Part shown: piece after piece, positions 1-9,056 of the stretch
How the letters are laid out: every line of letters begins with the position of its first letter
Numbering within the stretch: position 1 is the first letter of the stretch
Origin: Candidatus Daviesbacteria bacterium
GTDB taxonomy: Bacteria; Patescibacteriota; Microgenomatia; Daviesbacterales; UBA10151
DNA length: 64,000 nt
Reading direction: 5' to 3'
Assembly: GCA_016176335.1 (NCBI GenBank)
Contig: JACOXI010000004.1
Location: 82,303 to 146,302, forward strand
Made by a program: the position numbers and the translations under genes
The notes under the pieces: model-generated
Told to the model about the DNA's origin: nothing
What the model saw: only the letters and a program-made list of their open reading frames with translations
The model's database searches: none

Positions 1-1
1 A

Positions 2-463
2 TTCCTGCCCAAGACTGCCAAAAATCCTCACGGATTCACATTAGTTGAGCTTTTGGTTGTTATTTCAATAATTGCAATTTTATCTGTTATTGGGATTACT
101 GTTTTTGGAAATGTACAACAAAGGGCAAGAGATGCAAGAAGAAAAGCAGATATAGATTCCATAGCCAAAGCTATGGAGGCAAATTACAATACTGTGACAT
201 GTGTGGGAACCTACTGTGCTTTGGCGGACAGTTTTTTTGCCAATGGTAAAGTACCTGTAGATCCTATTAACGCAGGCACAACCTGTAGCGCCAACTCTTG
301 TAAATACTGTGTTAGAACGGCGGTTGGAGCTTGTGCAGCTACGGACACCACAGTAGCAGTTGGTCAACCCGCGGCTGGTGCTACGTATATTGTATGTACG
401 AGCCTTGAAACTGCTTCGGGTACAGGAGGAAATACCTACGAATGTAGGAAAAATCAGCAGTAA
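2..463 (+). CDS. Type IV pilin/pseudopilin (GspG-like), 5' end may lie outside the window
   Basis: The frame is open from base 2 and reads ...NPHGFTLVELLVVISIIAIL (class III signal G|FTLVE), then ARDARRKADI. Confidence 0.9.
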   Translation, partial: FLPKTAKNPHGFTLVELLVVISIIAILSVIGITVFGNVQQRARDARRKADIDSIAKAMEANYNTVTCVGTYCALADSFFANGKVPVDPINAGTTCSANSCKYCVRTAVGACAATDTTVAVGQPAAGATYIVCTSLETASGTGGNTYECRKNQQ

Positions 464-524
464 GCCTTCTATTGTCTAATCCCATACCTTGCGGATTCTT
501 TTATTAAAGTGCAAAATAAACTTA

Positions 525-1100
525 ATGTCCAAAAAAGTCTACCGTCTACAGTCTACCGTCTACCGCGGCAGTCGGAAGTCAATGCTTAAGGGTTTTACCC
601 TTGTTGAACTTCTAATAGTGGTAAGTATAATAGCAGTACTTTCTGTTGTTGGACTTGTTTCCTATACAAATTTTCTTTCAAATTCCAGGGATGCCAAAAG
701 GAAAGCGGACTTGTCATTTATCCAAAGTTCATTAGAGCAATTTCATGCTGACCAGAAGTTTTATCCTAAACAGCAGGCAGGGAGAGATTGCGCATCCCTC
801 GTGAACGGAAGACTACACATGATTCTCTGGTCAGAGTGTCCGCTGAAAGATCCTAGCGGTACTAGGACTTATCTTAATAAGGTGCCGAAGGATCCCAGCA
901 GCTCCACCACCTCCCCCTATAACTATAAGTATGTTGGTTTGTACGGTAGTTCTACTACTCCGTGTGACAACAGTACTGTTTTGTGCACCAGTTATTGTTT
1001 ATTTGCTAGGATGGAGAATTCCGTTAGTGCCGTGTCCATTCCCACTCAATGTAGCACTTCTCTGCCCGCCGGACATAATTACGTTGTCACCCCCCCGTAA
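525..1100 (+). CDS. Type IV pilin/pseudopilin (GspG-like)
   Basis: GFTLVELLIVVSIIAVL, SRDAKRKADL, YLNKVPKDP; likely start at ATG 525. Confidence 0.9.
   Translation: MSKKVYRLQSTVYRGSRKSMLKGFTLVELLIVVSIIAVLSVVGLVSYTNFLSNSRDAKRKADLSFIQSSLEQFHADQKFYPKQQAGRDCASLVNGRLHMILWSECPLKDPSGTRTYLNKVPKDPSSSTTSPYNYKYVGLYGSSTTPCDNSTVLCTSYCLFARMENSVSAVSIPTQCSTSLPAGHNYVVTPP
537..580 (+). repeat. 7-bp tandem array (GTCTACC/A x4, then CGGCAGT CGGAAGT) in a pilin leader
   Basis: Read directly from the sequence; encodes VYRLQSTVYRGSRKS. Confidence 0.85.
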
Positions 1101-1152
1101 TGCTGTTTTCTAGACTCTGGTTTGACCACTCAAAATATGTTACTTTTAGGGT

Positions 1153-1728
1153 ATGCTGCTCAAGAAAGTCTACCGCTATTTGCAGAAGTCGGAAGTCGGA
1201 AGTCGGAAGTCAATGCTCAAGGGCTTTACCCTTGTTGAACTGTTGGTGGTAATTTCAATCATGGCCCTTTTGGGTGTTGTTGCCTATGCGAATTTTAAGG
1301 ATTTTGCTCAAGATCAAGTTGTAAACAAGGCCATAGGTCAAATTCAAACAGCCTTCAGACTGGCACAGGCAAATGCAACCAGCGGTGTTACTTGCCTAGA
1401 TCTTGGGGGAGCTGATTGGTCAGTACAGATTAGAACAGACGGGACCAATGTTGATTTAATTTGTGGATCAAGCAATTCTGTGGTTCAAACTACAATTTTG
1501 GAAAATGTTGAGGTTGATTCTGTTGGGGGTTCTGCTTGTGCTCCAGGTTCCACGTCTGCCTTGCCTTTGACTGTTACCTACTCCAAGCTTTCAGGTACAG
1601 TGAAAATAGACGGGTCTGATAATTGTATTGATAATAGTGCCACTGTTTCAGTTAATTTTAAAAACCTAAAAACAAGCAATACTAAAACTTTTACAATCTC
1701 AAAAGGAGGGGCGATAAATGTTCAATAA
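1153..1728 (+). CDS. Minor pilin (FimT/GspH-like)
   Basis: KGFTLVELLVVISIMALL, then AFRLAQANA. Confidence 0.85.
   Translation: MLLKKVYRYLQKSEVGSRKSMLKGFTLVELLVVISIMALLGVVAYANFKDFAQDQVVNKAIGQIQTAFRLAQANATSGVTCLDLGGADWSVQIRTDGTNVDLICGSSNSVVQTTILENVEVDSVGGSACAPGSTSALPLTVTYSKLSGTVKIDGSDNCIDNSATVSVNFKNLKTSNTKTFTISKGGAINVQ
1185..1212 (+). repeat. 7-bp tandem array GAAGTCG x3 plus GAAGTCA in a pilin leader
   Basis: Read directly from the sequence. Confidence 0.9.
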
Positions 1729-2308
1729 TCAATTGACAATTGACAATGGACAATTGACAATTTTAAATTTCAAATTTCAAATGTCAAATGAAAAGGGCCA
1801 GAGTCTTATGGAATTGATAGTAGTTATCACGGTGATTGTTTTTGTGGTCGGAGCCTTAACTTTTGCTACCATTGCTTCTTTGCGAAACGCTGTCTTTGCC
1901 CAAAATCAAGCCCAAGCCACCAAATTGGCTCAAGAAGGTATTGAGAGGGTGAGGACTGACAGAGACAGAAAAGCTGCAATAACGGGTTTTCAACTTGGTA
2001 GCCCACCCGCTGATGTGAATTCATGGGATGATGATGATTTATGGTCTAACCAAATTAGTTCAAACTGTATCCCAAATTGTTATTTTAATATTTCTACTTC
2101 GGGAGTGCTTCAATACATCGGTGCCGGGGCAACCGTGCCTTTATATGCAGAACCAATAGCACCCGGCTTCAAAAGAGTCGTAGTCTTATCTGACGAAGCC
2201 GGAAGCGGTTTTTATAGAAACGAAAAAAAGGTGACAGTGGTTGTCATTTGGACAGATTTTTCAGGTCCGCATGAGTCCAAGTTAACTACAATTTTAAGAA
2301 AGCTTTAA
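1718..2308 (+). CDS. Minor pilin (PilV-like)
   Basis: EKGQSLMELIVVI; AQATKLAQEGIERVR; C-terminal KKVTVVVIW. Confidence 0.85.
   Translation: MFNNQLTIDNGQLTILNFKFQMSNEKGQSLMELIVVITVIVFVVGALTFATIASLRNAVFAQNQAQATKLAQEGIERVRTDRDRKAAITGFQLGSPPADVNSWDDDDLWSNQISSNCIPNCYFNISTSGVLQYIGAGATVPLYAEPIAPGFKRVVVLSDEAGSGFYRNEKKVTVVVIWTDFSGPHESKLTTILRKL
1730..1791 (+). repeat. 7-bp tandem array CAATTGA/CAATGGA x4, then CAAATTT/CAAATGT units, in a pilin leader
   Basis: Read directly; encodes QLTIDNGQLTILNFKFQMSN. Confidence 0.85.
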
Positions 2309-2313
2309 GAATC

Positions 2314-2955
2314 ATGAATCAAGAATTAAGCTTCAAAAAACACAAAAAAAACCATCATTCATTTGCATTTACCCTGGTCGAAATTTTGGTGGTTGTGGCT
2401 GTTTTATCCGTGGTGGGAATTTTGGTATTAACAATTTTTACAAGGACGCTGCGGGGTACCAATAAGACCCAAATATTGGGGGCAATCAAACAAAACGGCC
2501 AGTCTGTTTTAGAAACTATGACTGGGGCCATTAGAAACTCTGACAATATTGTATGTCCTTTAAGTGCTTCGTCTAATACCTTGGTGGTTGTAACCAGGGG
2601 AATATATTCCCGATACAGATTTATAGCGCAGGATACTAGCAACAACGGATTGATCCAGCAAGACAATCCCGCAAAACAGATTGACCCGGCAACAGGTCAG
2701 GAAGAAACAGATCCCGCATTTGTTAACAGGATATGTGGTCCCGCAGATCCAATGGTTCTGCCGATTGTTTTGACAGACACCCATCCTCAAAGCGGGGTTT
2801 CTTTAGCAAGCGGAAGTTTTTCTTTGAACAGGCAAGCCGGTTTTAAAGATAATGTCAAAATTACCTTTGAACTTACGCCCGGAGTTAGGGCGCTACCTGT
2901 TTTGGTAAGCGAGATTGGTGCAATTACCTTTGAGACTACAATACAATTAAGGTAA
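2314..2955 (+). CDS. Minor pilin (PilW-like)
   Basis: AFTLVEILVVVAVL; C-terminal FETTIQLR. Confidence 0.85.
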   Translation: MNQELSFKKHKKNHHSFAFTLVEILVVVAVLSVVGILVLTIFTRTLRGTNKTQILGAIKQNGQSVLETMTGAIRNSDNIVCPLSASSNTLVVVTRGIYSRYRFIAQDTSNNGLIQQDNPAKQIDPATGQEETDPAFVNRICGPADPMVLPIVLTDTHPQSGVSLASGSFSLNRQAGFKDNVKITFELTPGVRALPVLVSEIGAITFETTIQLR

Positions 2956-2988
2956 CAGTATAAAGTTTATAATTGTTATAATAATTAT

Positions 2989-3843
2989 ATGAATGAAAAA
3001 GGGCAAATTATCTTAACACTGATTTTGGTGATGACTGTGGCTTTGGCAATAGGTTTATCCGTTGTCCAAAAAAGCCTGGTTGATGTTTCAACTTCCACCA
3101 AAGTGGAACAATCGTCCAGGGCCTTTTCTGCAGCGGAAGCTGGTATTGAAAAAAAGCTAAGAGGAGATGCTTCTTGTACCGAAACTTCATGTGTTAGCTT
3201 TGAAGAAACAGGTTCAGAGGCAACAGTATTAGATAGTAATCTGATTCCCGCAGTCCCTTCATCGGGTACACGTCAGGATCCTTTGGAATATCCACCCCTT
3301 GCCAAAGAAGATGTGGCTCATGTTTGGCTGGCAGATTATACTTCAACTGCTAATCCCCCCCAAAACGCCTATGTACAGACAAGCCTTGATATTTATTGGG
3401 GCAATTCTGCAACAGACAAAGCAGCATTGGAGTTAACACTGGTTTACCACAATGGTGCCCTATATCAATCCCGCAAGTGGTATCTTGATAATCCCTCGGC
3501 CACTAGAGGTGTAGCTAATAATTTTGATATCACTGCCGTTTGCAGTGGTGATCACAGAGTAGGTTCGGGAATCTATCAATGTAAAAAAACTATTGATTCT
3601 TTACCTGCTGGTTTGATGCTTCTTCGCGCTAGGCTTTTGTACAATACCACCAGCCAGCCTTTTGCAGTCCAAGCTGTCGGAACTTGTGGGCAAGATTGCT
3701 CAATACCTCCTCAAGCCAGGAATATTACTTCAACCGGTGCAGCCGGGGAATCTCAAAGGAAAGTTAACCTTTTCCAGGTTAACAAAGTAGTCCCCCCTTA
3801 TTTTGATTATGCCATCTTCTCCGCAGGTGAAATCAGCAAATAA
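2989..3843 (+). CDS. PilX-like minor pilin
   Basis: EKGQIILTLILVM; RAFSAAEAGIE is the PilX N-terminal motif; ITSTG; FDYAIFS. Confidence 0.85.
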   Translation: MNEKGQIILTLILVMTVALAIGLSVVQKSLVDVSTSTKVEQSSRAFSAAEAGIEKKLRGDASCTETSCVSFEETGSEATVLDSNLIPAVPSSGTRQDPLEYPPLAKEDVAHVWLADYTSTANPPQNAYVQTSLDIYWGNSATDKAALELTLVYHNGALYQSRKWYLDNPSATRGVANNFDITAVCSGDHRVGSGIYQCKKTIDSLPAGLMLLRARLLYNTTSQPFAVQAVGTCGQDCSIPPQARNITSTGAAGESQRKVNLFQVNKVVPPYFDYAIFSAGEISK

Positions 3844-3887
3844 TTGACAACAGACAATGGCAAGCTGTTACAATGTAATTACTGTCT

Positions 3888-4925
3888 ATGGCTAAAATTT
3901 CTGTTGGTTTGGATATTGGTTTTTCATCAATTAAAGTTGTTTCTCTTTCCAAGGATACTAATCCTCCAAAACTTATTGCTCTGGGGAGTATTCCCACCCC
4001 CACTCCGGGTATGCTTTCGGATCAGGAAACAGACCTTGAGGCTGTTGCCGAAACTATTAAAAAGCTTCTTGATGCAACAAGAATTGAAGAAAGAGAGGTT
4101 GTTGTCGCTCTTTCTGAATCTAAAGTATTCACCAGGGTTATTGATGACCTTCCATACCTTTCCGACAATGAGCTGCCCCAGGCAATAAAATACGCTGCGG
4201 AAGAGTTTATTCCTATGCCTCTTTCGGATGTAAATTTGAACTGGCAAGTATTGCAGAGATCTAACCCAAAAGATAAAAACGCCAGGACTGTGGTGTTGGT
4301 AGTTGCCTCTCCCACAAAAGCAGTCAGCAAACACATTAAAGTTCTGGCAATGGCCAATCTTAGACCCAAGGGGCTTGAAACAGAGACTATTGCGGTAGCA
4401 AGATCATTGGCAGGCAATAATCCGTTTTCTCCAAGTACTTTAATAGTGCAATTGGGGGCCACAACAACGGATTTTGCAACGGTCTCAAATGGTCTTGTAT
4501 GGCTGACCAGGTCTGTTTCAACAGGAGGGCTTGCCTTGACTCGCGCTCTTTCGCAGCAGTTTAACTTTGAAACTAACCAGGCGGAGCAGTATAAAAAAGT
4601 ATACGGTTTATTGGAAGATCAGCTTGAAGGAAAAGTATATGATGCTCTAAAACCTGTTGTAGATATCATTTTAGGAGAGTGCAAAAGAGTAATACAGGCT
4701 TTTGAGATAAAATATCCGCAAAACCCGATAAAAAGAGTTGTTCTTTCGGGCGGTGGGGCTAAAATGCCTGGTTTTGTTGTATATATGGCCAGCAATTTAG
4801 GATTGGAAGTGCAAGAAGCAGACCCTTGGTATTTGATTGGTAAAGACAAGGCACTGGTTTCAAAACTTGCTCAAGATGCTCCGTCATATTCTGTTGCCGT
4901 AGGATTGGCTTTAAGAGAGGAATAA
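3888..4925 (+). CDS. pilM: Type IV pilus assembly protein PilM
   Basis: VGLDIGFSSIKVV, VLSGGGA and AVGLALR actin-like motifs. Confidence 0.95.
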   Translation: MAKISVGLDIGFSSIKVVSLSKDTNPPKLIALGSIPTPTPGMLSDQETDLEAVAETIKKLLDATRIEEREVVVALSESKVFTRVIDDLPYLSDNELPQAIKYAAEEFIPMPLSDVNLNWQVLQRSNPKDKNARTVVLVVASPTKAVSKHIKVLAMANLRPKGLETETIAVARSLAGNNPFSPSTLIVQLGATTTDFATVSNGLVWLTRSVSTGGLALTRALSQQFNFETNQAEQYKKVYGLLEDQLEGKVYDALKPVVDIILGECKRVIQAFEIKYPQNPIKRVVLSGGGAKMPGFVVYMASNLGLEVQEADPWYLIGKDKALVSKLAQDAPSYSVAVGLALREE

Positions 4926-4930
4926 TATAG

Positions 4931-5488
4931 ATGGCATCAAGACAACAAAATATTTCAATTAATCTTTTACCGCCGGAATTTATGGCGGAAGAGATTAAAA
5001 GTGCCCAATTCTACAAAATTCAAACCATAGGCGTAGGGATAATACTGGCAATGATATTTCTCTCCTCGTTAACTGTGGCTTTGAGAATTTTGCAAAGCAG
5101 TAACATATCCCGAATTGAGGAGAAATTGGGTGAGGTGACGGGGAAAGTTGTGGATCTAAAAGACAGACAAGCATCTTTAGTACTTCTTAAAAACAGACTT
5201 ACCACCATCAGTCAAAATTTGGGAGCAGCATCCAAGCAAAACAACATGTATACCCTTTTGGATAAACTCATACCTCAATCAGTCTCGATAACATCACTTT
5301 CTGTTGATAAAATTGGCAATGCGGCCATTGTGGCCTTGGTTCCCGATTCAAATGCCTTGGACAGCCTGGTGACAAATCTTTACTCAAAGGAAAAAAATGA
5401 AGATAAAATTGGTCAGGTTTCGATAGAAAGCCTCAACAGGGGCAGAGACGGCCTGTTTAGAGTCAGTCTTAAAGTAGTAGCTAGGTGA
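4931..5488 (+). CDS. pilN: Type IV pilus assembly protein PilN
   Basis: INLLP motif, one TM helix, coiled coil; follows pilM. Confidence 0.85.
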   Translation: MASRQQNISINLLPPEFMAEEIKSAQFYKIQTIGVGIILAMIFLSSLTVALRILQSSNISRIEEKLGEVTGKVVDLKDRQASLVLLKNRLTTISQNLGAASKQNNMYTLLDKLIPQSVSITSLSVDKIGNAAIVALVPDSNALDSLVTNLYSKEKNEDKIGQVSIESLNRGRDGLFRVSLKVVAR

Positions 5489-5491
5489 CAT

Positions 5492-6199
5492 ATGATGAAA
5501 AAAGAGGATATTTTGAAATTTTATTCCAAATATAGGCTGTTTGTATTCCCGGCAGTTGTTGCGCTGTCAAGCCTCCTTTTGATAGTTTGGGTTATTTTGC
5601 CTCAAACAATAAAGCTTTTGACAAATCAAGCAACAAGAAACGACCTTTTGCATAAGTCTCAATTTTTGGAAGTTAAGGCGCAGACTTTGGAAACTTTGGA
5701 CCAAGGAGATTTATCTAAAAAAGTAGAATATGCCCTTAATGCTTATCCCTCCGGTAAAGACTTTGGGAATGTATTGGGGATTATCCAAAGGATCACTACT
5801 CATACAGGCTTTAGCATTGTGTCGTTTAATGTCGGAGGATCTAAAGGGTCTGGAGACCAAAATTACAGTATCAGTTTACAACTAATTGGGTCAAGACAGC
5901 TTATTTCGACCCTGCTTAATTCTTTAGAAAAGGCACCCAGATTAATGAAGGTGGATAGTATTGAAGTATCTCAAGCAACAGGAATTCAAGGTGCGGAGGT
6001 TAACTTGGGCTTGAGTGTTTTATTTTCTCCTCTGCCGCAAAATTTTGGTACTGTGGATTCTCCTTTGCCGGAGCTGTCTCAAAATGAAGAGGAGCTTTTG
6101 GTTAGATTAGCAGGAGCTCAAGAGGGAGTGGGCATTACAAGAGGCGAAGGAGAGATTCCCCTCACTACTCCAAGAGGTAAAGCTAACCCCTTTGAGTAG
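5492..6199 (+). CDS. pilO: Type IV pilus assembly protein PilO
   Basis: N-terminal TM helix, LEKAPRLMKVDSI; follows pilN. Confidence 0.8.
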   Translation: MMKKEDILKFYSKYRLFVFPAVVALSSLLLIVWVILPQTIKLLTNQATRNDLLHKSQFLEVKAQTLETLDQGDLSKKVEYALNAYPSGKDFGNVLGIIQRITTHTGFSIVSFNVGGSKGSGDQNYSISLQLIGSRQLISTLLNSLEKAPRLMKVDSIEVSQATGIQGAEVNLGLSVLFSPLPQNFGTVDSPLPELSQNEEELLVRLAGAQEGVGITRGEGEIPLTTPRGKANPFE

Positions 6200-6200
6200 A

Positions 6201-6941
6201 TTATTTTAAAAGATCAGGTCTTACCTTTTTTGTTTTTTCTAAGGATTTTGCTTTTCTCCATTTGGCTATTTCGGCATGGTTGCCGGACAAAAGAACTTTT
6301 GGTACTTTTATTCCCTCAAACTCCTCCGGCCTGGTATATTGGGGGTATTCAAGAAGTTGAAGGTTAGAAGATGGAAGACGGAAGATGGAGAAAGATTCTT
6401 GGATGGTGGCATCGGACTTTTTTAACACTCCCGGAAGAAGTCTGACAATGGAGTCCAAAATTGCCATTGCCGGTATTTCTCCTCCTGTTAGGACGAAGTC
6501 ACCTATTGATATTTCTTCATCAACATATTGGTCTGCAAACCTTTGGTCGACTCCTTCATAGTGGCCGCAGATTATGATTAGATGATTAAGTTTAGAGAAT
6601 TCTTTTGCTTTTGATTGTTTGTATGGGATGCCGGAAGCAGACATGAGGATAGTATATGGTTTATCGTAACGGCTTACGCCTTGTCGACTTTCGGTTGTTT
6701 TTTTCGATAAACGATAAACGATAAACGATAAACTCTTTGCTAACACATCAGCCTTAAGGATCATCCCTGCTCCTCCACCGTATGGTCGAGCGTCTACCAC
6801 TTGGTGTTTTCCCTCGCCAAATGGCCTTAAATTAATCAGTTCAAATTCAACTTTTCCTTTTTGTTGGGCCCGCTTTAAGATGCTTGTATTTAGGATTGGA
6901 TCAAAAACTTCGGGGAAAAGAGTAATAATGGATATTTTCAT
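6201..6941 (-). CDS. trmD: tRNA (guanine-N1)-methyltransferase
   Basis: VDARPYGGGAGM, CGHYEGVDQR, SIGDFVLTGGE, LEYPQYTRP. Confidence 0.98.
   Translation of the reverse strand: MKISIITLFPEVFDPILNTSILKRAQQKGKVEFELINLRPFGEGKHQVVDARPYGGGAGMILKADVLAKSLSFIVYRLSKKTTESRQGVSRYDKPYTILMSASGIPYKQSKAKEFSKLNHLIIICGHYEGVDQRFADQYVDEEISIGDFVLTGGEIPAMAILDSIVRLLPGVLKKSDATIQESFSIFRLPSSNLQLLEYPQYTRPEEFEGIKVPKVLLSGNHAEIAKWRKAKSLEKTKKVRPDLLK
6353..6390 (+). repeat. 7-bp degenerate array GAAGATG/GAAGACG inside trmD
   Basis: Encodes the extra residues IFRLPSSNLQ between ESF and LLEYP. Confidence 0.7.
6660..6732 (+). repeat. 7-bp array CGATAAA x4 (6705-6732) with an inverted TTTATCG arm, inside trmD
   Basis: Four perfect copies; in-frame insert LSFIVYRLSKKTTESRQGVSRYDK. 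Confidence 0.9.
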
Positions 6942-6946
6942 GGAAT

Positions 6947-7016
6947 AGATTGCTTCGCTACGCTCGCAATGACGTCATTGCGAGGAGGTCGATTCATCGA
7001 CCGACGTGGCAATCTC
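6947..7016. repeat. Pair of inverted REP-like palindromic elements overlapping the khpA 3' end
   Basis: GATTGCTTCGCTACGCTCGCAATGAC followed by GTCATTGCGAGG...GTGGCAATCTC; perfect 22-bp palindrome at 6963-6984. Confidence 0.85.
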
Positions 7017-7259
7017 TTGAGATGATGCAGGTTCATTGAGCTGAAGATTTACCCTGACATTTTCCGCCATCGCCCTGACAATTAAAAGTTTTCTTATGGA
7101 TTTTATAGTTTGGCCACCTTTTCCTATAATAAGTCCCATGTCAGAGGGATCAACAGTCAAGGTAAGATTGACAGTACCCTCCTGATTATCTTCCTCAATA
7201 TTTAGCGCTTCGGGCTTTGTGACAATACTTGTAACAATAAAATTAAGCAGATCTTTCAT
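6975..7259 (-). CDS. khpA: KH-domain RNA-binding protein KhpA (YlqC)
   Basis: DMGLIIGKGGQTIKSIR; lies between rpsP and trmD; start MKDLL. Confidence 0.92.
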   Translation of the reverse strand: MKDLLNFIVTSIVTKPEALNIEEDNQEGTVNLTLTVDPSDMGLIIGKGGQTIKSIRKLLIVRAMAENVRVNLQLNEPASSQEIATSVDESTSSQ

Positions 7260-7701
7260 TTTTTTGTTCCTTCTCACTTTTCTCTACTTGAGCCACTTCA
7301 GCTGGTTTTTCTTCAGCCTGCGGCTGTTCTGCAGATGTCTCTATCGGAACTTTTTTTACTTTTGGTTCTGGTTCAGCAGGTGTTTCCTCAGCTTTTGCCT
7401 CTTCAACCTTTGGCTCTAGTTTTGGTTCTTCTGCCTTCTTCTCCCTCTTAGGTTTTCTGGGCGGCTTTTGGGGTGCTTCTCCTAACATTCTCAAGAAGCC
7501 GTCTGACTTTTGAGCCCCTTGTTTTAACCAATGATCCACTCTATCTTTATTTAATTTAATATCGTGGGGATTTGTTAAAGGATTATAGGTTCCTAAAAGT
7601 TCAATATAAGCGCCATTTCTTTTACTTCTCTCATCCACCACCACAATCCGATAAAATGGTTTTTGTTTTGCGCCGATTCTCATTAAGCGAATTTTGATCA
7701 T
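7243..7701 (-). CDS. rpsP: 30S ribosomal protein S16 with a C-terminal E/K/P-rich tail
   Basis: MIKIRLMRIGAKQKPFYRIVV...IELLGTYNP. Confidence 0.97.
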   Translation of the reverse strand: MIKIRLMRIGAKQKPFYRIVVVDERSKRNGAYIELLGTYNPLTNPHDIKLNKDRVDHWLKQGAQKSDGFLRMLGEAPQKPPRKPKREKKAEEPKLEPKVEEAKAEETPAEPEPKVKKVPIETSAEQPQAEEKPAEVAQVEKSEKEQKNERSA

Positions 7702-7711
7702 AGGGGAAAGT

Positions 7712-8422
7712 TTACACTAACTTGATTTTTGAGTCAATCTTGCGAATTGCCCCAACTGCCGCTTGTTCTTCCGCATCCTGTTTGCTGGGGCCTGTGCCTC
7801 TGCCATATTCTTTATTATCCCAAAACACCGCAACCGTAAATACCTTTGCATGATCAGGGCCTCTTGTACCCAAAATCTTATAATTTGGAGAAATTTTGTG
7901 CTGTTCCTGAACAAATTCTTGCAACTGTGATTTGGCATCTTGAGGGGGGCCTGATTTTATTTCCTTCTCGAAAATGACAAAAAGAGTATTTTTGATGACC
8001 TTTTGTACTGCCTCCAAACCCTGATCCAAAAATATAGCTCCCAGAAGCGCCTCATATGAGTTTGCCAAAAGCTGTATGTTTTCTCTTCCACCTGAAACTT
8101 CTTCTCCTTTGGAAAGTTTGAGGTATTTACCCAAATCCAGGCTTTTTGCAGCTTGTGCCAGTGATTTGGTTTTAACAATATAGGCTCGGAGGTTTGTCAG
8201 GTCACCTTCGGTATCGTTCTCCCTTGAGGTAAAAAGATGTAAAGAGACAACCAAGGATAAAACAGAATCACCCAAAAATTCCATTCTTTCATTTGAGGAA
8301 AGATTTGATTTAATTTCGTTAAGGTATGATCTGTGTATGAAAGCCCGGCTTAAAAGCTTGGGATCATTAAACTTTATATTAAGTTTGTAAGTAAGTGTTG
8401 CAAACTCATCTTTCGTGATCAT
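7712..8422 (-). CDS. rnc: Ribonuclease III
   Basis: NERMEFLGDSVL signature and a C-terminal dsRBD (DAKSQLQE, GPDHAKVF). Confidence 0.98.
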   Translation of the reverse strand: MITKDEFATLTYKLNIKFNDPKLLSRAFIHRSYLNEIKSNLSSNERMEFLGDSVLSLVVSLHLFTSRENDTEGDLTNLRAYIVKTKSLAQAAKSLDLGKYLKLSKGEEVSGGRENIQLLANSYEALLGAIFLDQGLEAVQKVIKNTLFVIFEKEIKSGPPQDAKSQLQEFVQEQHKISPNYKILGTRGPDHAKVFTVAVFWDNKEYGRGTGPSKQDAEEQAAVGAIRKIDSKIKLV

Positions 8423-8652
8423 TCTAAGAGATTATCCTCTACCAATACGATTATATCTTCAACCTTTTTCAAACCATCAACATCAGAAGGATCAAAGGTG
8501 ATTTTAAATTTTTGTGATAAGTTATTGAGGAGGTCGTTTAACTCGATTGGCCCTAAACTTAAGTCTTCTCTTAATAGGGCATTTCTGTCTATATCTTCTA
8601 CAGATAATCCCAAATGTTCTGTTATTGCTTGTAAGATTTCCTTTTCATCCAT
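8419..8652 (-). CDS. Acyl carrier protein-like protein lacking the conserved Ser
   Basis: 77 aa, acidic, ACP helix pattern, located directly upstream of rnc; DLSLGPIE in place of DLGxDSLD. Confidence 0.75.
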   Translation of the reverse strand: MDEKEILQAITEHLGLSVEDIDRNALLREDLSLGPIELNDLLNNLSQKFKITFDPSDVDGLKKVEDIIVLVEDNLLE

Positions 8653-8687
8653 ACTATTTTAATTAAGACATAGTTCATTTATATTTA

Positions 8688-9053
8688 TCAAGTGTGAATT
8701 TTTTTGATCTCCACCAGTTTCCCCAAAGCGCCGTTGATAAAGCTTGCAGAAGACTCCGCACCAAATTCCTTACCCAGTTCAACTGCCTCGTCTATGACAA
8801 CTTTAGGAGGAGCCTCAACTTTTATTATCAACTCAAAAACAGCCAGACGCAAGATGGCCAGGTCAATTTTGTTGATCTGTTCAATTGGTCTTCCGGGCGC
8901 GCTTTTGCCTATTAGCTTGTCAACCTTTTGGATATTTGCAGTAATCTCCTTTATATTTTTTGAAGTTTTGTCTTTGGGCATGAATTGCCAGGAGAAAAGC
9001 TCCTTTAAAAGTTTAATCCGTTTAATGTGTCGGGGGTCTTTTGCAGTTTTCAT
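8688..9053 (-). CDS. nusB: Transcription antitermination factor NusB
   Basis: IDLAILRLAVFEL, VVIDEAVELGKEFG, FINGAL. Confidence 0.95.
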   Translation of the reverse strand: MKTAKDPRHIKRIKLLKELFSWQFMPKDKTSKNIKEITANIQKVDKLIGKSAPGRPIEQINKIDLAILRLAVFELIIKVEAPPKVVIDEAVELGKEFGAESSASFINGALGKLVEIKKIHT

Positions 9054-9056
9054 CTC

